In this document: piece after piece, positions 59,134-64,000 of the stretch
Position numbering within the stretch: position 1 is the first letter of the stretch
How the letters are laid out: every line of letters starts with the position of its first letter
NCBI GenBank assembly: GCA_965226555.1
Contig: CBDDDG010000012.1
Coordinates: forward strand, 64,001-128,000
Direction: 5' to 3'
Length of the DNA stretch: 64,000 nucleotides
Source: Salinispira sp.
GTDB taxonomy: Bacteria; Spirochaetota; Spirochaetia; DSM-27196; Salinispiraceae
Translations under genes and position numbers: made by a program
The notes under the pieces: generated by a model
Seen by the model: the letters and a program-made list of their open reading frames with translations, nothing else
The model's database searches: none
Told to the model about the DNA's origin: nothing

Positions 59134-59709
59134 ATGAAAACCGCAGATATAGTTTTTAAAGAAAGAAAATCCCGGGCATGGACGCAGGAATATCTATCTA
59201 TAATATCGGGAGTAAGTATTCGGACCATTCAAAGAATTGAAGCAGGTTCCGAACCATCTTTTGAAACGGCATTGGCTCTGGCAGCCGGATTTAACATTGA
59301 TGTCAACAGCTTGTTCAGCGAAGAAAAAACACTTCGAAAACATGTGCGCCTGACTGGTATATTGGCTCTTATATTCATATTTCCTCCATTTTATTTCGCC
59401 TTTTCTGCCATTCTTGCATACCGGTTTGGCATTGATCTGTTTTATCGGGTATTCGCGCTAATGCAGATAAGTGAGATGGGGGCAGTTTTGTTCCATCGGC
59501 TTTCACCGATAGTGTTCATTGGCTGCGGCGTAATCGCCCTTTTTTTTGCTGCCTATACCGGAGTTATGATTGCCAAACCACAAAGAATTAACGAAAGTTA
59601 TACGGGTGTGGTATCAATATATCTCAACAGATCATTGATAATGCTCATCCCCCTTGCTCTGTGTATTATTACAGCGGCTACATTTTTTCTTTATGCCTTG
59701 GCTGAGTGA
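59134..59709 (+). CDS. XRE-family HTH protein with C-terminal TM helices
   Basis: WTQEYLS..SGVSIRTIQRIEAG; three hydrophobic segments. Confidence 0.85.
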   Translation: MKTADIVFKERKSRAWTQEYLSIISGVSIRTIQRIEAGSEPSFETALALAAGFNIDVNSLFSEEKTLRKHVRLTGILALIFIFPPFYFAFSAILAYRFGIDLFYRVFALMQISEMGAVLFHRLSPIVFIGCGVIALFFAAYTGVMIAKPQRINESYTGVVSIYLNRSLIMLIPLALCIITAATFFLYALAE

Positions 59710-60617
59710 CCAATACTGATCTTCTTGAGTTTTTCAAGGGTTTCATCAATTTTGGTGAGATCGATTGGGAGAATGATCTCGGTGCTTTCCTTCGCAAGCG
59801 ATTTCATTGATCGTACATAGTCTTCCATAATTTGGAGATGAAGGGCGTCATCGCCGCCGTCAACTGAAATGGCCTTCGCAAGCACACGGATGCTTTCGGC
59901 TGTTGCCGCTGCAATGGAAAGTATTTCCGCAGCCCGGCCGTTTGCCTCGTTAATAAGCTGTTCCTTCACACCCTCACTGCGGTTAATGTTTTCCTGCATC
60001 ATCCCGAGGCTGGCATTCACCTTGGAAGCGCGAATTCCTTCCGACTTTGCAATAACTGCCCGTTTTTCACGGTCGGCGCGCATCTGCACTTCCATTGCCT
60101 GAAGAATGTCCGTGGGTACCGTAATATCCTTTATTTCATACCGGGTAATCTTTACGCCCCATGGGTCGGTGGCTTCATCAACATCTTTGAGAATGGAGGC
60201 ATTTATCTTTTCCCGTTCTTCAAAGGTTGTGTCTAGATCAAGCCTGCCGATTACCGAGCGCATGGTTGTCTGGGCAAGATAAATAATTGCAAGCTGATAA
60301 TTCGCAATGCCGTAACTTGCCTTGTATGGATCAAAAACCTGAAAATATAAAATGCCATCGACGGTAATGCGGATATTATCTTTTGTGAAGCAGCTCTGGC
60401 TGGGAACATCCAGCGCCTGTTCCTTGAGCGAGTGGCTGTATCGCACCTTGTCAATAAAGGGAACAAGCAGGTGTATACCGGCATCCAGAGACTTTGCATA
60501 TTTTCCAAGACGTTCAACAACTCTGACAGTTCTGGACGGAATAATCTGTATTCCCTTCAGTACCGCTATAAAAAGAATGAGGAGAAATCCTCCCAAAAAT
60601 AAAAATAGAGTGCTCAT
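59691..60617 (-). CDS. SPFH/Band 7 (paraslipin-like) protein
   Basis: VVERLGKY, TKDNI, AQTTMRSVIG, WGVKITRYEIKDI. Confidence 0.92.
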   Translation of the reverse strand: MSTLFLFLGGFLLILFIAVLKGIQIIPSRTVRVVERLGKYAKSLDAGIHLLVPFIDKVRYSHSLKEQALDVPSQSCFTKDNIRITVDGILYFQVFDPYKASYGIANYQLAIIYLAQTTMRSVIGRLDLDTTFEEREKINASILKDVDEATDPWGVKITRYEIKDITVPTDILQAMEVQMRADREKRAVIAKSEGIRASKVNASLGMMQENINRSEGVKEQLINEANGRAAEILSIAAATAESIRVLAKAISVDGGDDALHLQIMEDYVRSMKSLAKESTEIILPIDLTKIDETLEKLKKISIGHSAKA

Positions 60618-61594
60618 AGGTTTCTCCCGTGTGTTTTTGTGGTGGTCGTTTTTGTGGCAGGTGTTTCAGATGATCCCTGAGAAAAGGCAGTGGAAATTAC
60701 CGATCGGATTTGTGCCAGATCGTAGGGCATGACAGATGTTTTGGAATTGGAGAGAATTTCTTCGAGCTGACGGACAAACTGATTTGTGAGGCGAAGATTG
60801 ACCGCCTTATCGCCGTTTGGCTGCCGAATTGCGCCGGCAACCTCTTTCAGCCCCTCTGCCGTTGCTGTTGCGACAATGCGGATCGCCTCTGCGCGGCCAT
60901 GTGCTTCATTTATCTGCTTTTCCCGGTTACCCTGCGATATGTTTATCGATTCTTCCTTATCGCCGCGGGAAATGTTTATGCGGCCTTCCTTGCTGCCTTC
61001 CGATTCTAAAATTTCCGCCCGTTTTTCCCGCTCTGCCCGAACCTGAGCTTCCATGGCATCAATAATGGGGTTGTCGGGCGTAATGTCTTTTATCTCATAA
61101 CGGGTAACCTTTATTCCCCAGGGGTCAGATGCCTCATCCACGGTTTTGACAATGGCATTGTTCATTATTTCCCGCTCGGAAAAGGTTTTATCGAGATCCA
61201 AACGTCCAATTTCACTCCGCATATTGGACTGCGCAAGCTGTGAAGACGCAAAGCGGTAGTTGTCGATACCATAGCTTGCCTTCACCGGATCCATTACTTT
61301 CAGATAGAGAACACCATCGACCGTAACCTGCACATTGTCCTTTGTTATACAGACCTGCGGCGGCACATCAATAACATCTTCCTTCAGACTGTGCTTGTCG
61401 ACAATTCGCTGTATGCCGGGGATAAACAGATGGAATCCGGGACCGAGGGTTTTCTGAAATTTCCCCAGAAATTCCACAACCCATGCCTGCTGTTCCGGCA
61501 CAATTTTCAACAGATTAAAAAAGATACCGAAAACAACAGCAATGAGGCCAATGTTTATGAAAAAGCCAACAATATTTGTGTTAAACACATTCAT
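60614..61594 (-). CDS. SPFH/Band 7 (paraslipin-like) protein
   Basis: ITKDNVQVTVDG, WGIKVTRYEIKDI, AEREKRA. Confidence 0.92.
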   Translation of the reverse strand: MNVFNTNIVGFFINIGLIAVVFGIFFNLLKIVPEQQAWVVEFLGKFQKTLGPGFHLFIPGIQRIVDKHSLKEDVIDVPPQVCITKDNVQVTVDGVLYLKVMDPVKASYGIDNYRFASSQLAQSNMRSEIGRLDLDKTFSEREIMNNAIVKTVDEASDPWGIKVTRYEIKDITPDNPIIDAMEAQVRAEREKRAEILESEGSKEGRINISRGDKEESINISQGNREKQINEAHGRAEAIRIVATATAEGLKEVAGAIRQPNGDKAVNLRLTNQFVRQLEEILSNSKTSVMPYDLAQIRSVISTAFSQGSSETPATKTTTTKTHGRNL

Positions 61595-61600
61595 ACTCCT

Positions 61601-61704
61601 TTGGGAAGCTCTGGAAACACGGGTATTTCACACTGTATCGCGGAAATAGCGTTTTTTTAAGCTTCACTGTGATCCAGTATTATCAAAAAATAAGTATATG
61701 TCAA
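61601..61704 (-). promoter_or_regulatory. Sigma70-like promoter plus conserved hairpin leader (copy 2)
   Basis: TTGACA-17-AATACT, then a hairpin homologous to 20552-20614 ending at the AAGGAG RBS. Confidence 0.65.
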
Positions 61705-61743
61705 GCACTTTTTCTCTGCTATTTTCATGGCCGTTTTCCCGGG

Positions 61744-61832
61744 CGTTTTTCTGAAATGCTCGAATGTCATCTTCACTGAGATTGGTTAACTCATGAATAA
61801 TATCCATTGATATGCCCTTCCTGAGCATTTGA
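61744..61832 (-). pseudogene. Remnant of an Rpn C-terminal tail
   Basis: Reverse complement matches about 23600-23690 (MLRKG.SMDIIHELT.LSED.IRAFQK). Confidence 0.8.
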
Positions 61833-62056
61833 ATACCTGCTCACGTTGGGTTCGATCATGTTCACGCTGGAGATCAGCACGCCCCTGCTCAACACCTGCT
61901 CAACACCTGCCAGAAATGGCTTATCGAAAAGGTCTACCAACATAGTTTTTGCCTCCTCAGGATGTACCAGCCGGCTGCATGGCGAGCAACGCGGAGCGCG
62001 ACCAGCCCTGCGGGAGTTGGAGCGCGGGGCCTTAATAGCCCCTACGGGCTATAAAA

Positions 62057-63634
62057 CTAATACCATGAGGGAATCAGATTACCTGTTACGCCGGAATCCA
62101 CAAACATACCGGTGTCTGTTCCGGTATATTTGCCAGCGCTATTAAGCGTAAGATGCTCCCCCCACTCTTCAAGATCCTGATTGAATGCCCTTGCTTGATT
62201 GAACATAGCGAGCATATCCGTTACCAAGCTGACATTCCAGCCGGAGATATCTCCATTGAATACGCTTGCCAACTGGAACATAGAGGTCATACCCGTTACC
62301 TTACTGACATCCCAGTCCGAGATATCGCCATTGAATTTGGCCGTTGCAGCGAACATACTGACCATATCTACTACCGTGCCAGTATTCCAGAGCGAGATAT
62401 CGCCATTGAATGCAGTTGCAGAACTGAACGTAGCGTTCATATTTGTTACCGCCGCAGTATCCCAGAGCGAGATATCGCCATTGAACATGCTATTATTTTT
62501 AAAAATATCGGACATATCCGTTACCGCAGTGGTAATAATGTAGTTGAAATCGGCAGTATTGCCCCATGTTGATATCCCCGTAGTTACCGCTGTTTTCAGT
62601 TCACCATTACCGCCGTCATCATCACCATCGCCACCAGCAGCAACAGCATCATCAGGACTCACGGTAACATAAAAATGTTCGGCAAAGAGTATGTCATCGG
62701 TTTCTGTTTTAATGCCGTATACCAGATATGTTCCTGCTGTTGTACCTGCGGTAACCCTAATCGTAGTACCGGTAAGCTGATCATAAGTCGGCAGGGTGAT
62801 CCCTGCGGGCGGAGGTACGAAGGTTGGCTCAATGTCTCCTTCTTTAACCGTGTGAGTGCCCGTTATCACATAAACGGCTGGTTTCTCACTGGCAATAATT
62901 TCATTAAGGGCAGCCGAAAGGTTTACATCCGCTGCCATATTCGCGGGAGTCTTTATCGCAGAATCTGTTGGTGTTTTCGTTGCGAGCATAGACCAGTCGC
63001 CATTGCCGATTTCATTGACAGCGCGCACCCGTACTTCGTAATCGGCGTCGTTTGTCAGGCCGTCAATGCTGTGATCGTGCTTGCCCGGTGCCGGAGCAAT
63101 TTCCGTCCATGATCCGTTGCCTGTGCGATACTGCAATTCGTACCCGGTAACGGGGCTGCCTCCGTCATCTTCCGGGGCAGTCCATAGAGCAACAAGCCGC
63201 CCAGTGCCCGCATAAAGGGTTGGGGCAACCGGCGCGTCAGGAACAGTAGCAGGGGGAGTTTCAGCGGCAGATTCCGACCAGTCGCCAGCGCCAATTTCAT
63301 TGACGGCGCGCACCTGTACGTCGTACTCGGCGGCCTTTGTCAGTCCGGTAATGGGGTAGCTTGTGTTTGTGCCGATGCCTTCGCTAATTTCTGTCCATTC
63401 TTCCTCGCCTGTGCGATATTGCAGATCATACGCGGTAATGGGGCTGCCGCCGTTGTTCGGCGCAGTCCATGTGGCAATGAGTTGCTCATTCCCCGCTTCA
63501 AGGGTTGGCGCAGCCATTGTGCCCGGCACAGTTGGCTCCGCCACCGGTTCCGGCATTGGACATCCAGCAATCAATACAATAAAAATTGCGCAGAATAGAA
63601 AAAAGATTGTTCCTTTGTATGACGTGATTCTCAT
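62057..63634 (-). CDS. FN3 + BspA/DUF285 surface lipoprotein
   Basis: AGGAGG RBS; LIAGC lipobox; two FN3 domains; WD/WN..VT.M repeats. Confidence 0.9.
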   Translation of the reverse strand: MRITSYKGTIFFLFCAIFIVLIAGCPMPEPVAEPTVPGTMAAPTLEAGNEQLIATWTAPNNGGSPITAYDLQYRTGEEEWTEISEGIGTNTSYPITGLTKAAEYDVQVRAVNEIGAGDWSESAAETPPATVPDAPVAPTLYAGTGRLVALWTAPEDDGGSPVTGYELQYRTGNGSWTEIAPAPGKHDHSIDGLTNDADYEVRVRAVNEIGNGDWSMLATKTPTDSAIKTPANMAADVNLSAALNEIIASEKPAVYVITGTHTVKEGDIEPTFVPPPAGITLPTYDQLTGTTIRVTAGTTAGTYLVYGIKTETDDILFAEHFYVTVSPDDAVAAGGDGDDDGGNGELKTAVTTGISTWGNTADFNYIITTAVTDMSDIFKNNSMFNGDISLWDTAAVTNMNATFSSATAFNGDISLWNTGTVVDMVSMFAATAKFNGDISDWDVSKVTGMTSMFQLASVFNGDISGWNVSLVTDMLAMFNQARAFNQDLEEWGEHLTLNSAGKYTGTDTGMFVDSGVTGNLIPSWY

Positions 63635-63813
63635 ATATTTTGCCTCCTAAAATGGCTAATATCAATTCAAAACTTTCTATAAGATTATAGTATCATGTTC
63701 AAAGAATCCATGCAATACAAACATCTTGCAAAACACAACATTCTTTCAAATTATTTCCAAAAACATAGTCAAGAATGACAGTTCTCCCGTTATAGATATA
63801 GCAGGAGATATTT

Positions 63814-64000
63814 ATGAAAAAATCATCCCACAGCACAGGCCACATCCACGACATAGCCTTCAAGATCGCCTACTACAGAACCCCCCGGATGATTCCCGAC
63901 CTGCTGCGGCTGTTCTGTGAGGATACAACGCTTGCCAATCTGGACATGGAAAAAATCCACATTGAAACCCCCAGCTACATTGCAGGAAAAAAGAACCTTC
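63814..64000 (+). CDS. Rpn family nuclease (partial, runs off the window)
   Basis: MKKSSHSTGHIHDIAFKIAYY...; AGGAG RBS. Confidence 0.88.
   Translation, partial: MKKSSHSTGHIHDIAFKIAYYRTPRMIPDLLRLFCEDTTLANLDMEKIHIETPSYIAGKKNL

Noticed and set aside
20747..63634. Diversity-generating retroelement acting on the lipoproteins
   Set aside because: No reverse transcriptase, and no repeat pair with adenine-restricted differences was seen.
1..64000. tRNA/rRNA genes
   Set aside because: No cloverleaf with T-loop consensus and no rRNA-like sequence recognised by eye; a tRNAscan/Infernal run is needed to exclude them.

Overview
Bacterial chromosome segment, most likely from a spirochaete. Evidence: dnaN-recF-DUF721-rpmH-rnpA-yidC-jag order, L34 ending SDEKKPY, and gatCAB plus non-discriminating aspS. 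Housekeeping blocks alternate with accessory DNA: an intact IS (TIRs, 9-bp DR), a type II R-M pair, a TerB/glycine-rich membrane protein cluster and a complete Wadjet (jetABCD) operon. A likely oriC unwinding element (tandem DnaA-box-like 9-mers, DnaA-trios, AT cluster) lies upstream of dnaN. No dnaA is present in the window, and Wadjet occupies its usual position. The most unusual feature is a dispersed modular system with three parts. (i) At least eight Rpn (PD-(D/E)XK, YhgA-like) genes or fragments; every copy with an intact 3' end has an internal RBS+ATG for a small C-terminal protein. (ii) Three FN3 + BspA/DUF285 lipoprotein genes, always next to Rpn genes and sharing promoters, linkers and a TAATATC boundary; one is frameshifted at a G13 tract. 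(iii) About 16 nested palindromic REP/MITE-like elements whose loops occur in flipped orientations and which interrupt the Rpn nuclease region while sparing the small C-terminal ORF. All family calls are from motif recognition, without database searches.
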